54,307 nucleotides of DNA from Candidatus Woesearchaeota archaeon (GCA_013202955.1 JABMPP010000111.1:1-54307); one strand, 5' to 3'; shown: positions 13,973-24,387, counted from the stretch's first letter. Made by a program: numbers and translations. The notes: generated by a model not told the origin, from the letters alone.

Positions 13973-16900
13973 ATGAAAACAATGAATAAGATGCAAAAAA
14001 GTGGGTTTGTAGCAATCTATCTAATAGTACTTATGATAAGCCTGCCTATTTATTCTTCTGTTGTTTATGGGTTATATGCTAATACTCCTTATGTCTATGG
14101 AAATGATAATATCCGTGATTATAGACGAGAAACTGATGTTCTAAATGTTAAGGTTGAGAACATTGACTTTCAAAATGATTATACTCAAATATTAAAAGAT
14201 TATCTTCTTCTTGTCCCAAGTGGAATAAGCCCTCTTCCTTTCACAACACCAAGTTCGGTATGTTCAGATGGAGTGCCTGCCACATGCACATATGTTGCAA
14301 CAGGCCCAAACACATTCACACCTCAAGCTAAATCAGGATGGCGTGTTGCGTTTTATAATGATACACAAAGAAACAATTATCTTGGAAGCACTGACACATT
14401 CAGCTTTTATATTGACGGAGAAGCTCCTGTTGTAACATTGAATCAACCAGTGGGAACAGTTGATGGATTAAGTGTGCCATTTATGGTGCAGGAATTAAGC
14501 GGTGGAGGTCCAAGTGCTTTATGCTCAGGTATAAGTGAGATTATAATATATGGAGAAGAAACAGACACTAATGATTTTAGAGAACTACGCAGGATAATTA
14601 TTGATGAGGCATGCACCTCAAACACAGACACTGTTGATGAATTAAGTGGATACCCTATAAGCAATAATCTTGTTAAATCAATGCTTGGTCTTGGAAATGA
14701 TGTTTATGATATCACAATCTGTGTTGATGCATATGACAGATTAGGCCAGCCAGATAATAGAGAAGATAACAGGCAATGCAGTGACCCATTTACATATGAC
14801 TTAGAAGCTCCAAGTATTGATTCATTTAATATTGAAACAATGGATGGAAGAGATATCAATACTATATATATAAGTGATGGAGACACTTCACTAAATATAA
14901 TTGTTACTGTTTCCAATGATCCTACCTCAACAATAACAGGAGATTTCTCATATTTCAACCGAAATTATGCTGATCTTACAATAAATTGTGTTAATGGATT
15001 ATGTGAAGAAACAATAACTGTAAGTAATACTGTTGTGACAGGAACTGCCCAAATTACAATAATTGCAACAGATGAGTTTGGAAACACTGATGAATATCCA
15101 GGAACATTCACTGTAAGTGTTGATAGTTTTAATCCTGTGTTGGAGTCAGTAAAGAGTAATATGGTTTTTGATGGTATTAGCTATGTAAAAGCTAATGAAA
15201 ATTCTATGAGTGCTGTTATTAATGAAACAGAAAGCGGATTCTTAACACAAAAGCCATCGCTTACACAAAATCCATCGTTTATGGGTGTTCCTGCTGATAC
15301 TTGCGCAGAACATGCATCTGCTGGTCAATGGACATGCAATTGGGATGGTTTTAATTTCACTGGATTAAGTGATGGAACTATTTACCCCCTTGCGCCAGTC
15401 AGTTTATCAGGAACAGATGATGCAGGGAATGATATTGTTACCTCTTCATGCACTACTGAGTGTAGTGTGACTGCTGATATTGTTGCACCTAATATTTCAT
15501 TAGATGTTAATGGTGGAGCAACTGTCGCTGTTGGTGATGATTTAGCCATAAACGCAACATTCACTGAATCAAGTTCTGGATTTGCTGGAACTTCTGCAGC
15601 TTCTGTTCAAGCAGCATCAAGCTGTGGATTAAATCTTATATCATGTTCTTCACCAGAGACTAGAGGGAATCTATGGTGTTATTGGGAGGGAAACGTTGCT
15701 GACATAACATGCATGACAAATGAAATTACCTTTTCAATAGAAGATAGAGTGGGAAATGTTGGAGAATATATTGAAAAACTCCAGGATGATATAGCTCCTA
15801 AAATTGTAAGCCTAACAAGCTATGGAGATTTTGTTGGAAAAGCGAATGATTTTATGGCAGTAATAAATGAAGTTGGAGCTGGGATAAGCAAAGAAAACAT
15901 TAAAATGACCAGCACTGAGTTAGATGTTTCAGCAAAAGAAGCAGATAGCTGTGATGGAGCAACTGGAGATGTAAACTGCTATTGGTATAATATTACTTAT
16001 GACGGAAATGCAGGAAGTGTAACTGTTAGTTTGGATGTTGCAGATAATGTAGACCCAGTACCAAACACAAACAGCTCTTCAAAAACATTTAATGTTGATG
16101 TTACAGCACCAACTGGTGGAGATGTTTTTATACAGGAGATAGAAGACCTTAGAACAGAATATTTCCAATCAGGGGATAAATTATCAATAAAAGTGAGTGG
16201 GATTGAAGATTCTCAATCAAGTTCTATAAAAGGAATGTTAAATGCTTCAGAGATAGGACTTTCTGATAATTATGAAATAACCTGCATTAATACAACACCT
16301 TCTGAAGATACATTTGAGTGTGAATGGTATTGGGATGAATTAACCCCAAATCTTGAAATCCCTGCTAGTGTGATTGGAAGAGATAAAACATTAAGATTTA
16401 AGTTTTTGGACCACACTGATAATGTAAATGAGGGAATTAATGCTGTTATTGATGTGTTGGAATCAGAAGACGCTACAGAACAAAGATATGTGATGGTTGT
16501 TAGTGAACCTTCACCTGTTGAAAGATTAGACAGACAAGTATTAGCCACAACAGGAAATGTTCCAATATTCTTCCCTGTCAGTTTTACCAAAAAATTAGAA
16601 ACACAGCAAACAATATTATTTGAAAAATCTGCAGACTGTTCTTCAGGATTGGATGTTGTGCAACAAAGCCTATTTATGACAGAAAGATTAAGATCAAGTA
16701 GTACCAGAGTAAGAGATAATCTAAAATTATTAATTGGGACATATGGAGGACAACCATTGCAACCAGAAGACACCTTAGTTGATTCATTTGAAGTTGATTG
16801 CACAATTACAATAATATATGATGATGAGAATGATGACAAGATATACACAGAGACTCATGAGGTTTCTAGTTTAGAGATTCCTCTTTATAGAAGTCCTGTT

Positions 16901-18154
16901 GATGATGCACCATTAAAGATTCTAAGAGATATTAATGAAACAAAAGACACTTTATTTGCAACATGGGATTGGATAACAAAAGCAGATGGAATATTCAAAA
17001 ATATGCAAAATGCCTGTTTGGCATTTGGAGGATACACAAGACTTTATGAAACACTTGAGTATCTAAAAATACCAATATATGCAGCTTCACAAGCATTTGG
17101 ACTTGAAACAGTATGGAAAGTTTATTCTGAAGTAATGAAAGGACTAGAAAAGATAAAAGACTTTGTTTGGGGGAAATGGGCTTCTTTTGACAACTTAATA
17201 GGAAATTTTGGTTCATCTGATATTGAAGGAGGGCCAATATTAGAAGGAGTAGATCAGATTCTTGGTGGAAGCGCTAAGGCTGGAGAAGAGGTTGGAATAT
17301 TAAAAAGAATGTGTGCTTTCTCAACATGTGCACAATGCTTTGACAAAAATTTCAGAGGTATTTTTTATGAAAAATTAGGAGAGGTAACTGACACACTTCC
17401 TGACTGGTATACAGGAGCAAATCAATGGCTTTCAGATAATTTTATTCAGGATCAATTAGGAGTAGATGAGGATGAAGATGTTTATGGCTTCCCTTTCAGT
17501 ATGTTAGGTGATCTTTCAGATCCAGATAAAGTAACCCCTTATTTAGAATCCTCATTATCACCAGATAAAAGCTTTATAACTGCTGTTTCGTGTGCATGTG
17601 TTCCTGCAATTATTTCTCATATGCAAAGATGGAGAGGAATACAATGTGAATATATAGATTGTTTGAAAGATTCTGCAGTTACATTATATAATACTGAAGG
17701 ATGTGCAAATGTAAGGGAGTGGAATGAATGCTTATATGTTACTGGCTCTATAACTAATTTCATCCCTTTAACAGATGCTGTTGAAAAAGCAGTAAATGTA
17801 TTAGCAAGCCTTATCAATGATGCTCCTGCCAGAGCAATAACCGCAACAAGAAACACACTTTGTGAATCATTGGATAAGATAGATCCTGCGAAAGATAATG
17901 TTTTAGGTGCAATTGAGATTCCTCCTTTACAATCAATTTCGTGTGGTATTTTGGATGCAGTTATTTTGGGTTATGATTTTGGAGAGTGGGAAGATTATAT
18001 GTTTTGGACAAATTGGGATGTTCCATGGACAGAAGCAAATGTTAAGGATCCATGTACAGGAATTTATTGTGATGATGATAATGATTGTAGTAATAATGAA
18101 AAATGTTTTGATGGAGTGTGCTTTGATTTAGGAGAAGCAGATATACTTGTATAA
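13973..18154 (+). CDS. Giant (1393 aa) secreted protein: tandem Ig-like domains plus Cys-rich C-terminal core
   Basis: Uninterrupted ORF with an N-terminal anchor (MQKSGFVAIYLIVLMISL). Six D-x-x-[AN]-P-x-[IV] domain boundaries occur about 100-130 aa apart. The C-terminal region is Cys-rich (CACVPA..., CDDDNDCSNNEKC). Confidence 0.85.
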   Translation: MKTMNKMQKSGFVAIYLIVLMISLPIYSSVVYGLYANTPYVYGNDNIRDYRRETDVLNVKVENIDFQNDYTQILKDYLLLVPSGISPLPFTTPSSVCSDGVPATCTYVATGPNTFTPQAKSGWRVAFYNDTQRNNYLGSTDTFSFYIDGEAPVVTLNQPVGTVDGLSVPFMVQELSGGGPSALCSGISEIIIYGEETDTNDFRELRRIIIDEACTSNTDTVDELSGYPISNNLVKSMLGLGNDVYDITICVDAYDRLGQPDNREDNRQCSDPFTYDLEAPSIDSFNIETMDGRDINTIYISDGDTSLNIIVTVSNDPTSTITGDFSYFNRNYADLTINCVNGLCEETITVSNTVVTGTAQITIIATDEFGNTDEYPGTFTVSVDSFNPVLESVKSNMVFDGISYVKANENSMSAVINETESGFLTQKPSLTQNPSFMGVPADTCAEHASAGQWTCNWDGFNFTGLSDGTIYPLAPVSLSGTDDAGNDIVTSSCTTECSVTADIVAPNISLDVNGGATVAVGDDLAINATFTESSSGFAGTSAASVQAASSCGLNLISCSSPETRGNLWCYWEGNVADITCMTNEITFSIEDRVGNVGEYIEKLQDDIAPKIVSLTSYGDFVGKANDFMAVINEVGAGISKENIKMTSTELDVSAKEADSCDGATGDVNCYWYNITYDGNAGSVTVSLDVADNVDPVPNTNSSSKTFNVDVTAPTGGDVFIQEIEDLRTEYFQSGDKLSIKVSGIEDSQSSSIKGMLNASEIGLSDNYEITCINTTPSEDTFECEWYWDELTPNLEIPASVIGRDKTLRFKFLDHTDNVNEGINAVIDVLESEDATEQRYVMVVSEPSPVERLDRQVLATTGNVPIFFPVSFTKKLETQQTILFEKSADCSSGLDVVQQSLFMTERLRSSSTRVRDNLKLLIGTYGGQPLQPEDTLVDSFEVDCTITIIYDDENDDKIYTETHEVSSLEIPLYRSPVDDAPLKILRDINETKDTLFATWDWITKADGIFKNMQNACLAFGGYTRLYETLEYLKIPIYAASQAFGLETVWKVYSEVMKGLEKIKDFVWGKWASFDNLIGNFGSSDIEGGPILEGVDQILGGSAKAGEEVGILKRMCAFSTCAQCFDKNFRGIFYEKLGEVTDTLPDWYTGANQWLSDNFIQDQLGVDEDEDVYGFPFSMLGDLSDPDKVTPYLESSLSPDKSFITAVSCACVPAIISHMQRWRGIQCEYIDCLKDSAVTLYNTEGCANVREWNECLYVTGSITNFIPLTDAVEKAVNVLASLINDAPARAITATRNTLCESLDKIDPAKDNVLGAIEIPPLQSISCGILDAVILGYDFGEWEDYMFWTNWDVPWTEANVKDPCTGIYCDDDNDCSNNEKCFDGVCFDLGEADILV

Positions 18155-18155
18155 A

Positions 18156-21100
18156 ATGAACAAGAAGATTGGAATAATTAGTGTAATGATTTTAGTAGTT
18201 ATGTTTTTAGTTAGTGCTAATAGTGCTCCAACTTCAAGTGCAACTCCACCAACATCAAATGGACCATTCACTCCATCAGTGAGTGTTACATTGTCTGGCA
18301 TAGATTTAGATGGTGATGAGTTTACAATATTTTATACAACAGATGGGTCAGACCCTGTATCAAGTGTCACAGCACTGCCTTATAATGATCCTATACAGAT
18401 AGATACAACAACAACCTTAAAGTATTACGCAATGGATGATCTTGGAAATGAAGAAGCCGTTCATACAGAGAATTATATTATCAATCAACCACCAACTGTA
18501 ACATTAAGTGCTAATCCAACAAGCGGAACTTCTCCATTATCAGTTACATTTACAGGAGGATGTTCTGATGATAATATTTATACTTGCACACTTTATCTTG
18601 GTAATGGCACTGAGGTAGATTTTTCTGATGGAATGGGGATAATATTCAGTGAAGGAACATATAATGTTATATTGGAAGCAGTAGATGATGAAGGGGAATC
18701 TGCTGAAGACACAACAACAATAACAGTTGCTGCTCCTGCTCCAAATAATCCACCTGTATTTGATCAAATACCTATTCAAACTGGATATTTTGGTGAAGAG
18801 ATTTCTTTTACTGTTTCAGCAACTGATTCTGACAATGATCCTTTGACATATTCTGTAACAAGTCTTCCAGATAATCCAACAATTGACGATCAAACAGGAG
18901 TATTCACATGGACTCCGCAAAATGCTCAACCACCAATTGACTCAAGCACATATTATGCATCATTCACAGTTAATGATGGTATTGTTGATACTCAAATGTC
19001 AGTTAGGATAGATGTTGAAGCACGACATTATGAATTGGAAGTAATAGTGTATGAGCAAGGCACCACAACTGGAATAAGTGGTGCTACTGTTACAATAACT
19101 CAGGGAGGATCTGGCCAATGTGTGGTTTCAGGTAGTGTGTGCACAATTGATATTGGAATAGCATATCCTGGAACTGTTCAGTTTAAAGTTGAAGCATCAG
19201 ATTATCAAACCCAGGAAAACATAGAATCCCAGTTTACGCAAGGAGATTATAATTTACAATCTCTTCCAGTAGAATTGTTTCCTTTTCACCCAATCTCCCT
19301 GAATGTATTTGTAAAAGATTCAGATAATGATCCAGTAGGTGGTGCAGATGTAACTATAGAAGGCACATCATTTACTTGCACAACAGCAAGATGGGGAGGT
19401 AATAAAGGCACATGTACAATCTCTGGTGATCTTACTGAAGGGGATTATAATGTTATTGCAGAAAAATCCGGTCTTCTTGGAATGGGTGATTATTACGCTG
19501 ATACTAAGCAGGTAAATGTAAACAATAATGGTGGTACAACCCCCAATCCTTTGGAATTTAATTTAGCAAATGTTAATCTTATAACAGTCACATTTAATGT
19601 TGATGTAAAAAGAACTGGAACAACGAATCCAATTCAATCTGTAAATGTACAGATAGATGATTATTATGATAATAATAATGTTCATATGACTGATGGTGAT
19701 TTATGCACAACAGACCCTCAAGGAGTTTGCACAAGAGAGATAACAATAGAAGAGGGAGGATTAATAGAATTAACTGCTTCACATGATTTATATTCAGAGC
19801 AAAGTTCTGGAGCTACTTACAACACTGATGGAGCAACCATACCAATTAATTTTTTAATGGATCCAAAAACAGTTTCAATAAACGGAGTTGTTGTGCAACA
19901 GGGAACAAATCCTACTTTACCAATTGCTGGTGCTACTGTTAATCTTGATGGAAGCACAACATTAACAGCAACAACAGGTACTGATGGCAGTTTTACAATT
20001 CCAAATATTCCTGCACCTGAAATAATACCAGGAACCCATCATTTAGAGATATCACATTCTGATTTTGTAGATAATAATAATGTTCCTATATCAGATCAGC
20101 AGAACACATATGTTGGTTCTATAGATGTTGGGAATATTGAGTTAGCAAGAACAGGAGTTGATTATATTCTTAATTTAGATGTTAAAGACAGTGTTACAGA
20201 TGATCCAGTAGATAATCTTAATGTATTCCTGAATGATCAACAAATTGCTTCTAATGCTGCCCATGATTTTTTTATAGTAACACAGATGATGGCAAACACA
20301 GATTATATATTGGTAATTAAGAAAGATAATTATAATGATTATACTCAAAGTATAAGTACTACTACACCAAGCCCAATAAATATAATAATTGTTAATGTTG
20401 CACCAGAATATGAATTAACTGTTACAACCATTGATGGAAACACTCAACAAGGTATGGATAGTGTAATTGTCACAACAACAACTGGTCAAACATGCACTGT
20501 TCAAACAGGAGATATGGCATGCCAGATTAATTTTGGAGCAACAAATCCTGGAGGTGTTGAAGTTAGTCTTAGTAAACCAGGATATGAAACATTGGAAGAA
20601 TATGTCCTGTTTTTGGATGGAGAGTATTTACAATCATTTACTGAGGAGCTATTTCCTCTTCAAACTATTTCCTTGCCTGTGACTGTAAAAGAGGAAGATG
20701 ATACAACACCAATAAAAAACGCAGAGGTAAGAATAAGTGGCACAACACTTTCTTGTGAAACATCTGACCAAGGAACATGCACAATCTCTGGTGATCTTAC
20801 TGAAGGATATTATGTTGTTACTGCACAAAAGCCTGGCATTTTTGGCTGGGGAAGTTATGAACCACAACCCAAGGACATAAATGTAGATGACACTGGTGTG
20901 GTGAATCCAGCTTCATTGGAATTCAATCTTGTAAGAGGAGGCACTAATCTTATTACTATAATACTTAACATTAATGTTTTGGGTGGTGCAATAACACCAG
21001 CAGAAATTGTTGAAAACGCTATACTAAGAATAAGTAAGTTCTTTGATGATAATAATATAGTGTATACTGATTATCTCTTTTGTACAACAGATTCTAATGG

Positions 21101-24100
21101 AGCTTGTTCAGAAATAGCTTTTAATGTTGAAATAGATGAACCTGTTATCTTAACTGCAACACATGAGTTATATGATACTGGAACATATGAAAAAAGTTAT
21201 AGTTGGAGTGGGGTGGAGATTGAAGATGATATTGAAATAACTTTAGAATCAAAGAAGACCACAGTAAAAGGAAAGATTGTGCAACAGGGAACTCCTGCTT
21301 TACCAGTTGTTGATGCTACTGTAACAGTTTGGGGAGAAACAGAACATTCTATTATTACTGATAATAATGGAGATTTTAGTATTCCAAATGTTGAAGCCTA
21401 TGTGTTTTTTGATGGAGACTCCAATATAATAGAAGTGACACATAATGATTATGAGTCAAAAGATACTTCTTTTGATGGTACAACTGTTTATTCTGAAACT
21501 TATCAATTATCTTCAAATATAGAAGTAAGAAGAGCAGGACAACCAGTAACATTTAAAGTTCATGCAACTGATAAAGGCTCAACAGATGTGTTAAATGATC
21601 TTGATATATTTTTAAATAATCAGCCAATAATTGGAGATTTAGATTCTGACGTCGATATATATACTAATTTAGTAGCAGGAACTGATTATAACCTAGTTAT
21701 CAGAAGAACTGATTATACTGAAGTTACTGAAACAATAACAACAGATACAGATGGTTTAACAATAAATGTTGAGATGGATCCAGCAAGTCAGCACCAATGT
21801 GAAGCAGAAGGATATACTTGCCATGACCCTGCTAAATACAGATGTGGTGAAGATGAGAATGGTTTTGAGACTGTTGAAGCATATGGTGGTTGTTCCACCA
21901 TTATAGGTTCAAAGCTTTGCTGTAAAAGCGCTGGCACAGCCCCTAAAAAAGTATATGCAAGAGATGGTGAAAAATGTGGTGAAAGCTATGAAGTACATAC
22001 ACTTGGTGTTAAATGTATAGATGAATTAAACAATGAATGTAAAGAACAGATTATATTCCATAGATGTGAAGAAGATGACAGCCCTTATACTAAAATAATG
22101 CTAGTTGATGAAACTGGAGCAGAGATAACTGCTAATGTTGAAATGAAAAATGATCCTTTTGTATTTACTATTTATTGCGAAGCTAAAGTCACAAATGACA
22201 GAGTTTTCTGTGATGATTTAAGTTATGTTACTTCACCTAGCGGATCTGTAACAGGACCATTTAATGATGTAACAACAGGTGCAGAACAAGGAAGAACCTT
22301 TACTATATCATTGACAGATTCTTTTAAAATCAGTGATCCTCCGATTGAAACAACAACAATGACATTTACTTCCAAAGGAAAGAATAAGAATCTTATTATT
22401 GAATACACAGCTGTTATTTTAGAAAGCATTGAAGTATTAAATCAACTCTTGGAGTTTTCTATAACACAAGATGATGGAGAAGCAACCATAACCACAAAAT
22501 GCACTTATAAAGATGGACTCACAGATGATGATTGTGAGTTTGACAGCATTGTGGCTAACCCAAACATTGTTTCAAAAAAGGATGGAAAAACAATTGAAAG
22601 AAATGTAGAGAGATGGATAGCAATGTATGATACTGCTTCAGACGCAGACAAAACAATTTATGAGTCTACAGGTATTGAAACTGAGGTAACATTCAAAAAG
22701 AAAGATAAAGAGTATGTTTATCCAGAAAAACTAATAATCGAAAAACCAGCTGATTTCTGTCAAATAACTGATGAAGAAACAGGGAAAACTAATGAAGATC
22801 ATGATGATTGTATTTGTCCTTCTGGAGAGGGTGTTAGTCCTTCAATGAAATATAAAAAACCAGAAATAGGAGATGGAGATGGTAATTACTATTGTAAAAC
22901 ATTAAGTTGTGATGATGGATATGTTTGTGTTGATAGTGAAGATCCAAGAGATTTTGAAAGCAGATGTTATCTGGACACAGATGATAACCCAACCTATATT
23001 GATCAAAGAGGTTGCACAAGAAGTGGATTTTTATCAGAAGAAGGCTGGAATCCCGGTACAGGGGAATTAAAATGCTGTGTTGTGGCAGATGAACCAGAAG
23101 AATGTGATGATTGTTATGTTAGTGGATCCTCATTAAACGAGCCATCATGCAAATGTAAGAGTACTTGTGAAAATGCAGGAGATATTATTTACAGCAACAG
23201 CTTTTACACATCAATGACATGTGGTGGTTTAAAAGAATCAGATAATGAATTTATTTATACCCTAAATAAATGTGATGCCTGTCTTACAGAAGAAAAACTT
23301 AAAAAAGAGGCTAAGAAAACAATAAGATTTAGGGGTTTAAATCCAGAGGGCTTAAATCAGTTAACTTATTCATGCCAGTGTGGGGTTTCCTGTGAAAACT
23401 CAAACAGATATCTTGACCCAGAAGAGGATAATTGTGGACAACGGGTAAAATATCAAGGAGGGGGTTGTGGTAGTAAATGTGATATAACTACTAAAGATAC
23501 AGAAAAAGAAATAGAAAGATGTTTATGTCCTGCATATTGCACAAAAGGGGGAGATCTTGTTAGGAATAATCAGGATTGTGGAGAAACAAGACCATGGGAT
23601 ATTGATTTAAGCTTAAGAGGATGGTTAGAAGGTTATGCAGGCCCAATTGACCCAAGAGCATCTAATATGGCCCAAAGATTTGGATGGGCAGACAAGTGGA
23701 CAAACATGTTAAAAAGAAATGATTTGTATATTGATGAATTCTCAATAACTCCATTAGAACAGCATGTTTGTGCAATGATAATAGGAGAACCAATGGGAGA
23801 AGATGATAATTTCACAAGATATCCTAATTATGAATTAAAAGAAAAAGCAACATTGAGTTATCAAGGCTCAAGATCACCTGTAAGTGTTGAATTCCCAGAT
23901 GTATTATTCCAGTTATCATCTGAAAAAACAGATGTGCTTCCTGACAACACAACAACAATTAAAGTTGAATGGGGTATATCTTTTACAGAACAGGAAGGCA
24001 TATTTGGAGTATCATACCATGAATGCACGTTAGATGATTGTGGTGGCAAAAAACCAAATGATGACGAAATGAAACTAATGGCATTTGTAACAGACCCTGA

Positions 24101-24377
24101 AACAGAAGAATTTGTAAATGGAAGCCTTGTTTATGAACCAGGATCAACTATTCAGGGATTCTCAGCAATAAACACATTAAATGATTGGGATTATGTTTGC
24201 ATAGTATATCAAACAAGAGAAAGCGAAACAGAATATAATAACCCAAAATATAAATGCTTACCAATATTACCAGAAAATTATGAAGAAGAAGGAGAAGGAA
24301 GCGGAAGTAGTGGAAGTCAGGCAACAGGTGAAGGTTGGAATCTTTATGGAGATGGTGTTGTAATTATTGAAGCTTAG
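18156..24377 (+). CDS. Giant (about 2073 aa) secreted protein: Fn3-assoc/PKD/cadherin-like domains, tandemly duplicated CarboxypepD_reg-like beta-sandwich array, Cys-rich C-terminal region
   Basis: The first ATG is at 18156; the ORF track used TTG at 18147. Sec-type signal KKIGIISVMILVVMFLVSANSA. PKD-like segment SANPTSGTSPLSVTFTG...DDEGESAEDTTTITV. Cadherin-like segment NNPPVFDQIP...ATDSDNDPLTYSV. Repeated [AG]ATV..-G......TD..G.F.IPN motifs are present, and a unit of about 455-460 aa is duplicated. Confidence 0.85.
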   Translation: MNKKIGIISVMILVVMFLVSANSAPTSSATPPTSNGPFTPSVSVTLSGIDLDGDEFTIFYTTDGSDPVSSVTALPYNDPIQIDTTTTLKYYAMDDLGNEEAVHTENYIINQPPTVTLSANPTSGTSPLSVTFTGGCSDDNIYTCTLYLGNGTEVDFSDGMGIIFSEGTYNVILEAVDDEGESAEDTTTITVAAPAPNNPPVFDQIPIQTGYFGEEISFTVSATDSDNDPLTYSVTSLPDNPTIDDQTGVFTWTPQNAQPPIDSSTYYASFTVNDGIVDTQMSVRIDVEARHYELEVIVYEQGTTTGISGATVTITQGGSGQCVVSGSVCTIDIGIAYPGTVQFKVEASDYQTQENIESQFTQGDYNLQSLPVELFPFHPISLNVFVKDSDNDPVGGADVTIEGTSFTCTTARWGGNKGTCTISGDLTEGDYNVIAEKSGLLGMGDYYADTKQVNVNNNGGTTPNPLEFNLANVNLITVTFNVDVKRTGTTNPIQSVNVQIDDYYDNNNVHMTDGDLCTTDPQGVCTREITIEEGGLIELTASHDLYSEQSSGATYNTDGATIPINFLMDPKTVSINGVVVQQGTNPTLPIAGATVNLDGSTTLTATTGTDGSFTIPNIPAPEIIPGTHHLEISHSDFVDNNNVPISDQQNTYVGSIDVGNIELARTGVDYILNLDVKDSVTDDPVDNLNVFLNDQQIASNAAHDFFIVTQMMANTDYILVIKKDNYNDYTQSISTTTPSPINIIIVNVAPEYELTVTTIDGNTQQGMDSVIVTTTTGQTCTVQTGDMACQINFGATNPGGVEVSLSKPGYETLEEYVLFLDGEYLQSFTEELFPLQTISLPVTVKEEDDTTPIKNAEVRISGTTLSCETSDQGTCTISGDLTEGYYVVTAQKPGIFGWGSYEPQPKDINVDDTGVVNPASLEFNLVRGGTNLITIILNINVLGGAITPAEIVENAILRISKFFDDNNIVYTDYLFCTTDSNGACSEIAFNVEIDEPVILTATHELYDTGTYEKSYSWSGVEIEDDIEITLESKKTTVKGKIVQQGTPALPVVDATVTVWGETEHSIITDNNGDFSIPNVEAYVFFDGDSNIIEVTHNDYESKDTSFDGTTVYSETYQLSSNIEVRRAGQPVTFKVHATDKGSTDVLNDLDIFLNNQPIIGDLDSDVDIYTNLVAGTDYNLVIRRTDYTEVTETITTDTDGLTINVEMDPASQHQCEAEGYTCHDPAKYRCGEDENGFETVEAYGGCSTIIGSKLCCKSAGTAPKKVYARDGEKCGESYEVHTLGVKCIDELNNECKEQIIFHRCEEDDSPYTKIMLVDETGAEITANVEMKNDPFVFTIYCEAKVTNDRVFCDDLSYVTSPSGSVTGPFNDVTTGAEQGRTFTISLTDSFKISDPPIETTTMTFTSKGKNKNLIIEYTAVILESIEVLNQLLEFSITQDDGEATITTKCTYKDGLTDDDCEFDSIVANPNIVSKKDGKTIERNVERWIAMYDTASDADKTIYESTGIETEVTFKKKDKEYVYPEKLIIEKPADFCQITDEETGKTNEDHDDCICPSGEGVSPSMKYKKPEIGDGDGNYYCKTLSCDDGYVCVDSEDPRDFESRCYLDTDDNPTYIDQRGCTRSGFLSEEGWNPGTGELKCCVVADEPEECDDCYVSGSSLNEPSCKCKSTCENAGDIIYSNSFYTSMTCGGLKESDNEFIYTLNKCDACLTEEKLKKEAKKTIRFRGLNPEGLNQLTYSCQCGVSCENSNRYLDPEEDNCGQRVKYQGGGCGSKCDITTKDTEKEIERCLCPAYCTKGGDLVRNNQDCGETRPWDIDLSLRGWLEGYAGPIDPRASNMAQRFGWADKWTNMLKRNDLYIDEFSITPLEQHVCAMIIGEPMGEDDNFTRYPNYELKEKATLSYQGSRSPVSVEFPDVLFQLSSEKTDVLPDNTTTIKVEWGISFTEQEGIFGVSYHECTLDDCGGKKPNDDEMKLMAFVTDPETEEFVNGSLVYEPGSTIQGFSAINTLNDWDYVCIVYQTRESETEYNNPKYKCLPILPENYEEEGEGSGSSGSQATGEGWNLYGDGVVIIEA

Positions 24378-24387
24378 GTGTATAATC

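Noticed and set aside
7688-23019. Many 60-190-aa ORFs in the track lie antisense or in alternative frames inside the giant genes. Examples are 7688..7927, 8259..8582, 9669..10016, 10486..10731, 13447..13794, 16270..16848, 20467..20867 and 22834..23019.
   Set aside because: Each is fully embedded in a much longer uninterrupted ORF with coherent domain content. Their products are low-complexity Leu/Ile/Ser/His-rich strings typical of off-frame translation of AT-rich coding DNA. None has an SD or TATA context.
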